Part shown: in pieces, positions 29,103 to 38,979 of the stretch
Layout: each line of letters opens with the position of its first letter
How positions within the stretch are numbered: the first letter of the stretch is position 1
Assembly (NCBI GenBank): GCA_051010835.1
Contig: JBPCVC010000024.1
Span: forward strand, 8,229 to 72,228
DNA: 64,000 nt
Direction: 5' to 3'
From: Mariniblastus sp.
GTDB lineage: Bacteria; Planctomycetota; Planctomycetia; Pirellulales; Pirellulaceae
Translations under genes and position numbers: made by a program
The notes under the pieces: generated by a model
Databases searched by the model: none
Told to the model about the DNA's origin: nothing
What the model saw: the letters and a program-made list of their open reading frames with translations, nothing else

Positions 29103-30035
29103 TCAATGGCGATCTTGAAGGAACTGGGCGGCACCTGCGCTAATCAATTTTTCAGCAACTTGTTGGCCAAGAGAGTCTGATTGAACTAGCCCACTTGTTT
29201 CTTCGCACTCAATTTTGTGTTTTCCATCGTGGCTAAGCACTGCGCCTTTGAGGTGCAACTGGTCATTCCGTACATGCGTCAAGGCACCCACGGGTGAGAG
29301 GCAGCCCGCGTATAGCGTTCGGAGCATCGTTCGTTCTGCCATTGCGCGGTGGAAGCTCTCCGGATCATTGAGACTGCTCAGTTTAGAAATCGTCTCTGAG
29401 TCGGCCTTGCGTGTTTCCAAGCCGAGTGCACCCTGCCCCACCGCAGGCACCAATTCACTGGTAGGAAAGGTATATGAAATTCTGTTTTCGAACCCAAGTC
29501 GAAGAAGCCCCGCAGAGGCCAAGATAATAGCGTCGTATTCTCCGTCATCAAGTTTCTTCAAACGGGTGTCGACATTTCCTCGAATGTCTCGAATTTCAAG
29601 ATCAGGTCTTATATGAAGTATTTGAGCAGCTCGTCGGACACTTCCAGTGCCGATGATTGCCCGCAGAGGAAGATCTTGCAAACTTGTGAAACGGTTACTG
29701 ACGAGCGCATCGGCGACAGTTTCACGTGGTGGCACCGCCGCAATCGTCAGTTGTGGGTGGTCTTCCGTCGGTAAGTCCTTAAGACTGTGGACTGCAAGAT
29801 CGATTTCTTCGTTCAAGAGAGCTACCTGGAGGCGTTTGGTGAAGAGCCCTTGTCCACCAATTTGAGCAAGCGATCCTGTTTGAATGTCACCTTCGGTCTT
29901 TATTTTGATTAGCTCAACACTAGCTCCAGTTTTTTCAAGCTCGCTTTTGACCCAGTTGCTTTGCCACAAAGCTAATTGGCTGCCACGTGTTCCCAGACGA
30001 ATATCTGATTTCTTTTTAATGTTAGTTTGAGTCAT
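29103..30035 (-). CDS. hemC: Porphobilinogen deaminase (hydroxymethylbilane synthase)
   Basis: GTRGSQLALWQ, DLAVHSLKDLP, GTGSVRR, IRGNVDTRL, PAVGQGAL, GCLSP. Confidence 0.96.
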   Translation of the reverse strand: MTQTNIKKKSDIRLGTRGSQLALWQSNWVKSELEKTGASVELIKIKTEGDIQTGSLAQIGGQGLFTKRLQVALLNEEIDLAVHSLKDLPTEDHPQLTIAAVPPRETVADALVSNRFTSLQDLPLRAIIGTGSVRRAAQILHIRPDLEIRDIRGNVDTRLKKLDDGEYDAIILASAGLLRLGFENRISYTFPTSELVPAVGQGALGLETRKADSETISKLSSLNDPESFHRAMAERTMLRTLYAGCLSPVGALTHVRNDQLHLKGAVLSHDGKHKIECEETSGLVQSDSLGQQVAEKLISAGAAQFLQDRH

Positions 30036-30085
30036 GATTGGTAAGGTTGTGCTGAAACTTTATCGAATGTCCACCGTCGCCAGGC

Positions 30086-31144
30086 TTAGTCGTTAGCTGG
30101 GGCATTATTTTTCAGTTGTGCTTGGCTTGCTTGGCTTTTATTCTTTTTCTGAAATTCCCCTTCAATCGCCGTTTTTGCGGTTTGATGATCCGGTACAACC
30201 ACACCGCAGCTAACGCAGTATTGAATCGCCTGATCAATTGTAATGTCGAGATCGACGGTTTCGCTTTTGGGAACCGAAATAGTAAATCCCGTTGCGGGCA
30301 TAGGGCTGGTTGGCATCAAAACTGACAGTACCGGTTCACCGGCAGCATTGCGAATATCTAACATGCTCTCTCCGGTTACGAATCCGATGGACCAGATTCC
30401 GCGACGGGGATATTCGACTGCGACGACTCGCGTAAATTGAACATCGGTTTCGCTGAAGGCAAAGTCAGTAACTTGTTTGACGGACGAGTATACATTCCGA
30501 ATGATTGGCAAGCGATTAATGAGAGATTCAAATTGATGCCAAAAAAAGCGGCCAATTCCCGCCGCGAGTAGTTTCCCGACAATATACATAACGCCAAGAA
30601 AGATCGCCAAAAAGGCAGGGATAACGAGGTGTCGTTTCAGGTATCTAAGTTGCACGTAGCGCTTGTAGTAATCATGTGCTGTAGAGAGATTGGCCGTGCC
30701 GGGATTCGCACTGACTAATTCAAAGACGTCCAAAGGTAGCCACTGATTATTAAATTCAATTAATAAGGTGCCATCGAGGGACGTATAGAGCTTACCTTTG
30801 GGATCGGACTTAAAGCGTTCCTGCACGTTTTCTAATCCGGTTGTTTCGAGTTCGATCATTGACTCGGTGCGGATGTCTTCGATTGCGTATGCAAGTGCCG
30901 TTTCTGAAAGTGATTCCACGGGGAGTAAAATAGCGCGTTCGATGGTGTTCCACGCCCAAGCAAACAGCATGATTGTAAGCAACGGCGGGAGTAGGATTCC
31001 AAGTCCTCTCAGCGTTGCAATTCGGAATGGATTAAATGACTTGCGAAACCATCCCGTCTTGGTGGAGGTTTTCTTTCTATGATTTGGTTTGACAGCGGAA
31101 TTTTTCCGAGTCGATTTGTCTTCTGAGTTCATTAAAATCGGCAA
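30086..31144 (-). CDS. DUF502 family membrane protein
   Basis: LPIIRNVYSSVKQV, VAVEYPRRGIWSIGF, PTSPMPATGF. Confidence 0.85.
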   Translation of the reverse strand: MPILMNSEDKSTRKNSAVKPNHRKKTSTKTGWFRKSFNPFRIATLRGLGILLPPLLTIMLFAWAWNTIERAILLPVESLSETALAYAIEDIRTESMIELETTGLENVQERFKSDPKGKLYTSLDGTLLIEFNNQWLPLDVFELVSANPGTANLSTAHDYYKRYVQLRYLKRHLVIPAFLAIFLGVMYIVGKLLAAGIGRFFWHQFESLINRLPIIRNVYSSVKQVTDFAFSETDVQFTRVVAVEYPRRGIWSIGFVTGESMLDIRNAAGEPVLSVLMPTSPMPATGFTISVPKSETVDLDITIDQAIQYCVSCGVVVPDHQTAKTAIEGEFQKKNKSQASQAQLKNNAPAND

Positions 31145-31235
31145 TCAGCAAACGGGTGTAAGCATACAGAGATGAGGCAGTCGGTTCAGAAACAAGCAGT
31201 GAACTTCGAGACGGTGGACGAACCGCCGGTTTAGT

Positions 31236-32147
31236 TTAACTGACGCGGGCGCCTCTCGCGATGACACCTACGTAAACTTTCTCGACTCCAGAGCGAAGTA
31301 AAATTCGGGAAATTTCATTGGCCGTTGCACCCGTTGTCATGACATCGTCAATTAAGAGTACGTTTTTGCCTTGAATTAAAACCGGACGATTCACTCCAAA
31401 AGCATTCTGGACGTTTTTTTGACGCGAGGTGCTTGCGAGTAATCCTTGCTTTTTTGTGCTGCGTTGGCATTTTAGGATTGCCGGATCAAAGGGTCGATTG
31501 ACAGCGCGAGCGATGGTCTCGGCAAGCATTTCAGCGGCCTGGAACCCTCGTTTGAATCTTCGCCACCAATGCGTGGGGACTGCGGTGATCAGGTCGATGT
31601 TATCAAAGAAATCAGAATCAACTAATTGATTTGCCAGTAAGTTTCCTAACTGAATTGTCAGTGGTTCGTCGTGCTGGTTTTTCATGCGAATGACCAACTT
31701 TTGAAGTTGGCCTTGGTAGTTTCCAAGTGAAATTGCACGCGTGAACCGGAAATTATTCTTAAAGCAATGGGCACATCTCTTACCCAAAGGCGATTGTTGG
31801 CTCAGCTGGGCTCCACAGGTCCAGCAGGTGATACATTGATGACGAATCAATTTTGAGAAACAATGGCAACACCAATGACTGTCCAGCAAAGATGCTAATC
31901 GGTCATGTCGGTGGAGCGGTTCAGCCAAATTCTCTCGAAGTTGATGTTGTTGAATCTCAGGTTGGTTGGTTCCAGCTTGGCAGATTTCGACTTGGCAATT
32001 TGCGCATCGAGGGGGGAAACAGAGAGTCCGCATTTTAGATGCGATTTCTAACATGCCATCGTCCGTGTTTGGGTGAGTGGTGCGCTTGCGAAACTGCCGC
32101 TCTCTGTCCTGAGTTTGGATTGTTAGACGCGAATGAGGAGATGTCAA
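31236..32147 (-). CDS. ComF family protein (zinc ribbon + phosphoribosyltransferase)
   Basis: CxxC clusters; VPTHW.RRFKRGF.QA; R.KNVQNAF; LLIDDVMTTGAT. Confidence 0.85.
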   Translation of the reverse strand: MTSPHSRLTIQTQDRERQFRKRTTHPNTDDGMLEIASKMRTLCFPPRCANCQVEICQAGTNQPEIQQHQLRENLAEPLHRHDRLASLLDSHWCCHCFSKLIRHQCITCWTCGAQLSQQSPLGKRCAHCFKNNFRFTRAISLGNYQGQLQKLVIRMKNQHDEPLTIQLGNLLANQLVDSDFFDNIDLITAVPTHWWRRFKRGFQAAEMLAETIARAVNRPFDPAILKCQRSTKKQGLLASTSRQKNVQNAFGVNRPVLIQGKNVLLIDDVMTTGATANEISRILLRSGVEKVYVGVIARGARVS

Positions 32148-32398
32148 TCAGAAGCCCCCAATATTTCGAGTTAGTTGCCTCGTTAGTCCTCGAATTGCCC
32201 AAGATAACCCACTAGGACCTGGTGGGAGGACCGAGGGGATGGAATCGCCTCTCTGGTGTTTTCGCTAGCAGGCGCAGATAGGCTAAATTGCAAATTGAAA
32301 GAAAGTTGCAGTCGATTGAAAACGTTGGGCAATCTACAATCTTGGAGTAATTTCTCAATCATAAGAATGCTAGAGTTGATGGGTAAAAAAGCAAAATA

Positions 32399-33547
32399 AT
32401 GACAATCGTCGATCGCTATTTACTATCTGTCTTTCTGAAGACATTTTTAATTTGCTTCGCCAGCTTCTTCGGACTTTTTCTCGTCATCGACGGTACTGGG
32501 AATGCTGACGAGATATCGGCGATTGCCGCGTCAGATGGATTGTCTGCGGCGATCTTTGATCGATATTACCCACAGTGTGCCGCCCGTTTCAATGAACTTG
32601 CGGGGGTATTTATTTTAGTTGCAGCCATATTCTCAATTAGTCTGTTGCAACGGAATCGAGAGGTCACGGCAATCGAAGCTGCTGGAATCAGTAAGATGAG
32701 GATATTTAAGGTCGTTTTTGTTGCGGCATCAATAATTATCGTGATGACGATTGTGAGCCGTGAAGTTCTGATTCCCAAAGTTGGTGACCGCTTAACGATG
32801 GATTGGCAGGAATGGACAGAATGGAAGACCTCGTTGGCACCTACGAAAACATTTGACGAGAAGATTGATTACAAAACAGGAGTGGCCTTTTCGGGGGCTT
32901 GTCTTTTACTTTCAAAAGATGGGATCTCGGAACCGCAAGTGAGAATCCCAAGTGAGTTAGAAGCGGGGTTCGAAAAAGTCAAAGCCGAGAGTGCTTATTT
33001 TGAGGTGGCGGAGGAAGGTAAGCCTGCGGGATTTCGTTTTCACAAAGTCAGTTTTCCTAAGGGGATGCACGAATTGAATTCGGTGGAAAGCGAGGGGGGG
33101 GAGACAATCGTCTACACCCCGCAGGATTTTGAGTGGTTGCACAATAATCAGTGTTTTATTGCCACCGAACTCAATGCTAAAAAGTTGCTGGTCAGTGCTG
33201 ATGCCAAATATAAATCAACTCCTGAGCTGATTGTTGATCTGAAAGCGCCCAAAAAACGGAAAGCGGATGAGCTGGCAGTCGAACTCCACTCAAGATTCCT
33301 TAAGCCGGTGATGGACTTTACGCTGCTCTTGTTAGGACTGCCTCTGGTTATTCGGAAGCTGGAAAAGAATATTGTGTCTGGTGTTTTAGCTGGGGTGGGG
33401 GTTATCGTCTTATTCCTGTTGTTAGAATTGACCTGTCACTCTTTGGGAGCCACAGGGATCATTGCATCCCCCGCGCTCTCCGCTTGGTTACCATTGTTGA
33501 TTTTGTTCCCTGTTTCATTGATTTTTATGCGCGATCTCTCACGTTAA
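32399..33547 (+). CDS. LptF/LptG family LPS export permease
   Basis: MTIVDRYLL start, NREVTAIEAAGIS, three N-terminal plus three C-terminal TM segments, ALSAWLP. Confidence 0.85.
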   Translation: MTIVDRYLLSVFLKTFLICFASFFGLFLVIDGTGNADEISAIAASDGLSAAIFDRYYPQCAARFNELAGVFILVAAIFSISLLQRNREVTAIEAAGISKMRIFKVVFVAASIIIVMTIVSREVLIPKVGDRLTMDWQEWTEWKTSLAPTKTFDEKIDYKTGVAFSGACLLLSKDGISEPQVRIPSELEAGFEKVKAESAYFEVAEEGKPAGFRFHKVSFPKGMHELNSVESEGGETIVYTPQDFEWLHNNQCFIATELNAKKLLVSADAKYKSTPELIVDLKAPKKRKADELAVELHSRFLKPVMDFTLLLLGLPLVIRKLEKNIVSGVLAGVGVIVLFLLLELTCHSLGATGIIASPALSAWLPLLILFPVSLIFMRDLSR

Positions 33548-33658
33548 ATTTTCGCTTAAATATCATGTCGAGCAGACATTTATTCAGCTTGAATTGGGAT
33601 GTCATCAATCAGAATTGGTTTTGGCCTCGGATTAAATTTACAGATAGAGGAGTTTGGG

Positions 33659-34303
33659 ATGAGGATATTAATCTGTGCGGCGATGGTCTTCACTGTTGCA
33701 GCTGTTCTCGGATGCGATGGAGGGCAGCTGTCTGAGAATGAGATCGCGCAAGCGGCTCAAGATGGAAAAGTGAAGGCAGCTCTTGAGAACCAGGGTCGGC
33801 AGCCATTAAGCAAGCCGCCGGAATTGGAGGAGAGCCCAGCGGAACCGGTTGTAACTGAGAGTTCCGAGACGTCATTGGTGGCCGCCGAGGTTTTGGAAGC
33901 TGCGGTGAAGTCGGCCAAGGCAGAAAGCAAAGCGGTCTTCGTGCACTTTACTGCGGACTGGTGAGGGTGGTGCCACAAACTCGAGGAGTTCCTCGTAAAT
34001 AACAGCCCCTTGTTCGAAGACAATTATCAGGTTGTTGCGATTGCGACTGACAAGATGGAAGGTGGCCAAGCCATGTTCGATCAAATGAAAAAGGAGCGTT
34101 CCGGTGGCATGCCGTGGATTGTAATTCTTGACGGTGACGGGAAGGAGCTTATTACATCGGTTGGACCAGAAGGTAATATAGGCTGTCCCGTGCAGCCCGC
34201 TGAAATCGATTATTTCGTGACAATGATCAAATCATCTTCGTCTTCAGACGAGCAGCGTCTGGAAGAAATTCGCGAGGCGTTAGTGAATCGTAAGAAGAAC
34301 TAA
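33659..34303 (+). CDS. Thioredoxin-fold lipoprotein, probable selenoprotein (W-U-G-W-C, UxxC); in-frame TGA at 33962-33964
   Basis: Track ORFs 33599-33964 and 34010-34303 are in the same frame with no stop other than this TGA; read-through gives KAVFVHFTADW(U)GWCHKLEEFL...GGMPWIVILDGDGKEL; lipobox VLG-C. Confidence 0.88.
33982..33995 (+). promoter_or_regulatory. Candidate bacterial SECIS hairpin of the thioredoxin-like gene
   Basis: CGAGG-AGTT-CCTCG; loop G at 33988 is 24 nt after the UGA. Confidence 0.6.
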
Positions 34304-34384
34304 TGGGTGAGTTTGGTTAAGCGGCCGTCAACAGTTGAATGCGTGGCATTTTAGGGCGAGGCATTTGAGTTAGCCGCGGTTAAA

Positions 34385-35182
34385 CTAAACATTGAGATGT
34401 GGAGTTGCTTGTTGAAGTAACTCTGCAGTTGCGGCGGCGCAGAAAAAAGGTTTTTCCAAATCGATTTCATTTCCTCTAAAATCAGCCACCGAAGCCCCTG
34501 CTTCGCGGGCGATTAGCCAGCCAGCAGCAACGTCCCATTTGGCGAGGCTGGTTGCCCAGTAGCCATCTGCACGCCCACATGCGACGTAGCACAGATTAAG
34601 GGCAGCGGAACCGAGTCGGCGAATGCTGCCAACGTTTTCCAGCATGTTCAAAAATCGAACGACTTCCGGATTAGTACGGGTCATGCCGCGAGGGAAACTG
34701 AATACAAACAAAGATTTGTCAATCTCCTTGCAGCCGCTTGCATGAATGGGCTCGCCATTTAATTTCGCCCCCAATCCCCGCGATGCCCAGTAACATTCCT
34801 CGAGCACGGGGTCCAAGACGGTGCCAACGAGTGGGGTCTGTCGATGATACAAGGCGATGGAAACGGCAAAGGACCTAAGGCTGTGAACGTAGTTCGTCGT
34901 CCCGTCGAGAGGATCAACAATCCAGCAAAAATCTGAATGAGATGTTGTATCGGATTCGCCGGTTGTTTCTTCTCCGATAAATTGATGGTCGGGGAATTCA
35001 GATTTCAAGAAATCTTGAATTACTTGCTGAGATTCAAGATCCGCCTGCGTTACTAAATCTCGAAATCCTTTTTCCCGGGTCGTAGTTTTCCCCATCCATT
35101 TTAAAAGAACTTGACCGCCTCGCCTGGCTGCTTCGCGACTGGCCACTGAATAGATTTCCAGTTCATTGGGGCTGATTTTCAT
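34385..35182 (-). CDS. Inositol monophosphatase family protein (SuhB-like)
   Basis: DLVTQAD, GEE, WIVDPLDGTTNY, RLGSAAL, WDVAAG. Confidence 0.92.
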   Translation of the reverse strand: MKISPNELEIYSVASREAARRGGQVLLKWMGKTTTREKGFRDLVTQADLESQQVIQDFLKSEFPDHQFIGEETTGESDTTSHSDFCWIVDPLDGTTNYVHSLRSFAVSIALYHRQTPLVGTVLDPVLEECYWASRGLGAKLNGEPIHASGCKEIDKSLFVFSFPRGMTRTNPEVVRFLNMLENVGSIRRLGSAALNLCYVACGRADGYWATSLAKWDVAAGWLIAREAGASVADFRGNEIDLEKPFFCAAATAELLQQATPHLNV

Positions 35183-35443
35183 TAATGCGTTTCTGTAGTA
35201 AGGCTAGAAAATGATTAGGCTAGAGTCGTTAGATTAGAATTGAGCTGCCGGGTTTTGTTCGAGTTGTCGGGTTGAGTTTATCGAGGTCTGGTTCAAATTC
35301 CGTTTCGGATATGTCCATGTCACAGCAAAAGCAAACGGGCGAGACTTAGCCATCATTGGCGGTTGTAGCTTGAATCCGGGAGCAGGGAAAGTAGATTGGA
35401 AAGGCATCGGTGTACGGTATTCGTAGGAAGTTGGAGCGAGCGA

Positions 35444-35716
35444 ATGTTGCGTGGAACGGAAATACTCTTTAAAGGCCAAGTTCAGGGAGTCGGATTCAGG
35501 TATAAGGCTAAGCAAATCTCCGGTCGATTCGACATTGCTGGAACGATTGAGAATTTGCCTGACGGACGGGTTAAACTGAAGATGGAAGGTGAACTCTCGG
35601 AAATCGAAGGGTTTTTCGAGGCTTTACTGGAACAAACCCCCGGGTTCATTACGGATGCGGAAAGAAGCGAAAAACCCTATCGGGGTGAGTTTACGGGCTT
35701 CGAAATCATCGGTTGA
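35444..35716 (+). CDS. acyP: Acylphosphatase
   Basis: GQVQGVGFRY, GTIENLPDGRV; ATG at 35444 preferred to the track start. Confidence 0.88.
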   Translation: MLRGTEILFKGQVQGVGFRYKAKQISGRFDIAGTIENLPDGRVKLKMEGELSEIEGFFEALLEQTPGFITDAERSEKPYRGEFTGFEIIG

Positions 35717-35892
35717 ATCAGCGTATTCGGAACCATTGAACCTCCCTTTGCCCTACTCTGACATTTGCAACCACTCTCCCTTTGAAGAATCTGAACAATG
35801 TGAACATAATATCCGTAAGCACAAGGATATATCTCTTTCCCGCGTAATAGTGCCGTATTTCCATTTGGCTTCACTAATAAGACGACAACAGC

Positions 35893-37653
35893 ATGACTAG
35901 CGTCCCCTTTCTCATTGCTCAGAACATCAAAGTAACCAACTGGTTGACCCCCGTCTGGCTAGTTTCTTTGGGCATCACGATCGGCTTCATCTTTGTACTG
36001 TTGATGATGGCCAAGATTCTGATTTTTCAGCGGGTCAAGTTTTTCAACACGGTCAGCGAGGATTCCCGGAAATATGCGATTTTCGGTTTGCTAACGGGTG
36101 GGCTTTATTTTGGCCTTTTTACGTGGTTTTTGTCTTGGAAGACCGGCAGTGTGTTCTCATCTGAGTCCATCATGCCACTCTGTTTTGCGTTTCCAATTTC
36201 TATGTTTGTTGGATTCGGTGTGTGGCGGCTGATTGCCAGGCGAATGATTGGTGAGACGTCCGGACTTTTCCGAGAGGGATTCCTGAGTTGGGTGAATAAA
36301 GTTTGTGTGGCGATGGTCGCATTTACCATTCTCGGATTCATTCTTGCTTCTTACAACGGATTTGGTTTTATCAAATTCGTCGATCAGCCCAACGAATTAG
36401 TTGAATCTTTGACACGCCTTCCGTTTACCGGAAAGTTTGAGAAATCGTTCACTGTGCCCGCGTCGACGACTGCCGATGGTGGGACTGGAGTGGACGTTGG
36501 TTTCGATGGTGCGGAATTGAAGATCTTTGGGATTCAAACCAACGAACGATTGGACATGGCTGTTTTTCCGATCGATGAAGCCGCGACGACTGGGATCGTC
36601 GATATTCAGCCCGGTTCTGATGAGATGATCTTGAGGCAGCGAGTTGACGGACGTGGACCAATCCCGCTTGACCAGATCGATCAGCTTTATTTCCGATACA
36701 TGGGACAAGAAGGGACCGAGGCCACCGTCAATATCTCATGGCTGGTAACGCCGATTTACCAGGAGGTAGGTGTGGTGCCCAGTATCGCCGTATTCGTGTT
36801 TGCGATCTATCTGTTGTACCTGACCTTTGCGACGATGTGCCCTAAGGTTTTTGCAATTGCCCACTCGACGTTTAAAACGGAAGTCAACCAGCCGTTGTAT
36901 CTGCTCATTTTGGTAATTGGAGCGCTGTTCACTGTCGGTTCGATTTATGTTCCGTATAACACCTTTGGTGAAGATATAAAAATGTACAAGGATTCGGGGT
37001 TAACCCTAATTCGAGTCCTTGCAATTTTCCTCGCGATCTGGGCGGCCAGTAAGTCGGTTGCTGAAGAGATTGAAGGTCGAACCGCATTGACGGTGCTTTC
37101 GAAACCCGTTGGCCGGAGGCAGTTCATTTTTGGAAAGTTTACCGGAATTTCTTTGGCGATTGCGGTGATGTTTATCGTCCTTGGGTTGTGGTTTGTAATC
37201 TGGACTTCCTACAAACCGATTTACGATTATCAGGAAGCTTCAAAAGGGCTGTGTGAATGGCCTCAATGTTTTCTCGAGTCAGTCCGGGTCATTCCGGGCG
37301 TGTTTCTTTGCTTCCTCGAGGTCTTGATTTTCGTTGCGATCAGTGTTGCGATTTCAACCCGATTCGGAATTCTTGCCAATTTCTTGATTTGTTTTTCGGT
37401 ATACGTTCTGGGGCATCTGACACCGCTTTTAGTCCAGTCGTCACTTGCTGAGTTTGAACCAGTGGTCGTTTTTGGAAACTTGATTGCGATTGTGTTTCCT
37501 GTGCTCAACCACTTTGACATTCAGGCAGCGATCAACACCAATTCCGTGGTGCCTTATTCGTACATGGGTTGGTCAATTATCTACACCTTTCTTTACGGTG
37601 GGATGGCCATGCTTTTGGCATTAGTGCTGTTTGAAGATCGAGATCTTGCTTAG
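35893..37653 (+). CDS. ABC-2-type permease-like membrane protein with extended N-terminal region
   Basis: Multiple TM segments; EEIEGRTALTVLSKPVGRRQFIFGKF motif. Confidence 0.7.
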   Translation: MTSVPFLIAQNIKVTNWLTPVWLVSLGITIGFIFVLLMMAKILIFQRVKFFNTVSEDSRKYAIFGLLTGGLYFGLFTWFLSWKTGSVFSSESIMPLCFAFPISMFVGFGVWRLIARRMIGETSGLFREGFLSWVNKVCVAMVAFTILGFILASYNGFGFIKFVDQPNELVESLTRLPFTGKFEKSFTVPASTTADGGTGVDVGFDGAELKIFGIQTNERLDMAVFPIDEAATTGIVDIQPGSDEMILRQRVDGRGPIPLDQIDQLYFRYMGQEGTEATVNISWLVTPIYQEVGVVPSIAVFVFAIYLLYLTFATMCPKVFAIAHSTFKTEVNQPLYLLILVIGALFTVGSIYVPYNTFGEDIKMYKDSGLTLIRVLAIFLAIWAASKSVAEEIEGRTALTVLSKPVGRRQFIFGKFTGISLAIAVMFIVLGLWFVIWTSYKPIYDYQEASKGLCEWPQCFLESVRVIPGVFLCFLEVLIFVAISVAISTRFGILANFLICFSVYVLGHLTPLLVQSSLAEFEPVVVFGNLIAIVFPVLNHFDIQAAINTNSVVPYSYMGWSIIYTFLYGGMAMLLALVLFEDRDLA

Positions 37654-37658
37654 TCATT

Positions 37659-37679
37659 GAACTCATGGGGATTGAGTTC
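37659..37679. terminator. Hairpin between convergent genes
   Basis: GAACTCA-N7-TGAGTTC just after the permease stop; no clear U-tract. Confidence 0.3.
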
Positions 37680-37869
37680 GCCGGTGAGTTCGTGCTGTGA
37701 AATAGACGTGGACGGGAACTTATATCGCGACCGCCGATCTAGCGATGAATGACGATTAGGCTAGTCCTGCTTCGGTTTGACGAAAACCTGCCATCGGAAA
37801 ACCGACCATCGTATCCCGAATACGGAGTAACTGAGTTCGGCTCAATTATTCCGCGTCAATCGACTGTCT

Positions 37870-38979
37870 CTAGGCGGCCTTGCGGTGTTCTTCGTCTTGA
37901 CCGTTCAGCGGGAACGGGAGAAGCGTTGGGGGCACGTGAGGCATCGTTTCCGATGAATGGGTTTCTGAAGCATTCGCACTCCAGTTATGTGCATCAATTG
38001 ACTTGATCACGGCGTCCGCGATTTCAACTGCCTGCGCGCCTTGTTGGATGCTCACACGCGTAGTTTGAGATGTCCGGATCGCATTTAGCCAATCTTGTTG
38101 TTCCGCCAGAATTGCATTTGTTTGCGGGACTTCAATCTCTGACATGGGAAGTATTTTTGAAAAGAGATTTTCGCGAATAAAGGCTTGCTGTTCAGGGGTT
38201 GTATCGAGTAGATCGTACTTTTTATTTTGAATCCAGGTGGGAACTTTTACGAAAGTGACTTTGTTGGTTGCAAGGTCGGCGTTGGCAAATCCATCAGTGC
38301 CAAAGATCTGGAAATTTCTTTGTGCCTGAAAGCTGCATCGGGAAGCGGTCAAGTTTGCTACGCCTCCACAGCTGAACTGTAAACGAGCGTTAGCGATATC
38401 TTCATTGTGACCGAACATGGAAACGCCCGTGGCGCGTGTTTCAACGAGTTCCCCTGCGAACATAGAATTAATGAGATCGATATCGTGAATCATCAAGTCG
38501 TGAACGACGCCAATGTCAGTTGACCGAAAAGTGTACCCGCTCATTCGTGAGGCCTGAATGAATTTGGGTTGGCCGACCAGCTCAAGGGCTGACTGAATTG
38601 CTGGATTAAATTGCTCAACGTGGCCGACTTGAACAACGCAGTGGTTGTCTTCCGCGGTTCGGGCCAATTCATGTGCGTCCGTTACCGAGTCAGTGAGCGG
38701 CTTTTCTATGAGTGTGTGAATTTTAGCATGGAGAAGTTCATTGGCAATCTTGAAGTGCATTCGAGTCGGCGTGGCAATGACGGCGGCATCGATTTGTTCA
38801 ATGAGTTTGCGATAGTCGCTAACGACCTTGACTCCAAATTCATCAATGATCTGTTGTTGAGCGGCTGGACTGGGGTCCGCCACAGCGACTAAATCGACTT
38901 CTGTTTGAGTCTTAAGGAGACGTGTGTGGATTCTCCCTAAATGACCTGCACCAATAACGGCAACTCGTAATTTTGTCAC
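37870..38979 (-). CDS. Gfo/Idh/MocA oxidoreductase, GnnA-like
   Basis: VIGAGHLGRIH, IEKP, GHVEQFNP, DLMIHDID; GTGA overlap with lpxA. Confidence 0.8.
   Translation of the reverse strand: MTKLRVAVIGAGHLGRIHTRLLKTQTEVDLVAVADPSPAAQQQIIDEFGVKVVSDYRKLIEQIDAAVIATPTRMHFKIANELLHAKIHTLIEKPLTDSVTDAHELARTAEDNHCVVQVGHVEQFNPAIQSALELVGQPKFIQASRMSGYTFRSTDIGVVHDLMIHDIDLINSMFAGELVETRATGVSMFGHNEDIANARLQFSCGGVANLTASRCSFQAQRNFQIFGTDGFANADLATNKVTFVKVPTWIQNKKYDLLDTTPEQQAFIRENLFSKILPMSEIEVPQTNAILAEQQDWLNAIRTSQTTRVSIQQGAQAVEIADAVIKSIDAHNWSANASETHSSETMPHVPPTLLPFPLNGQDEEHRKAA

Noticed and set aside
33094-33101. G8 homopolymer in the lptF/G gene as a phase-variation site
   Set aside because: Short tract, reading frame intact, and the gene is likely essential.
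33599-33658. Longer N-terminus of the thioredoxin-like ORF given in the track
   Set aside because: ATG 33659 places a canonical lipoprotein signal at the N-terminus; the extension would bury it.
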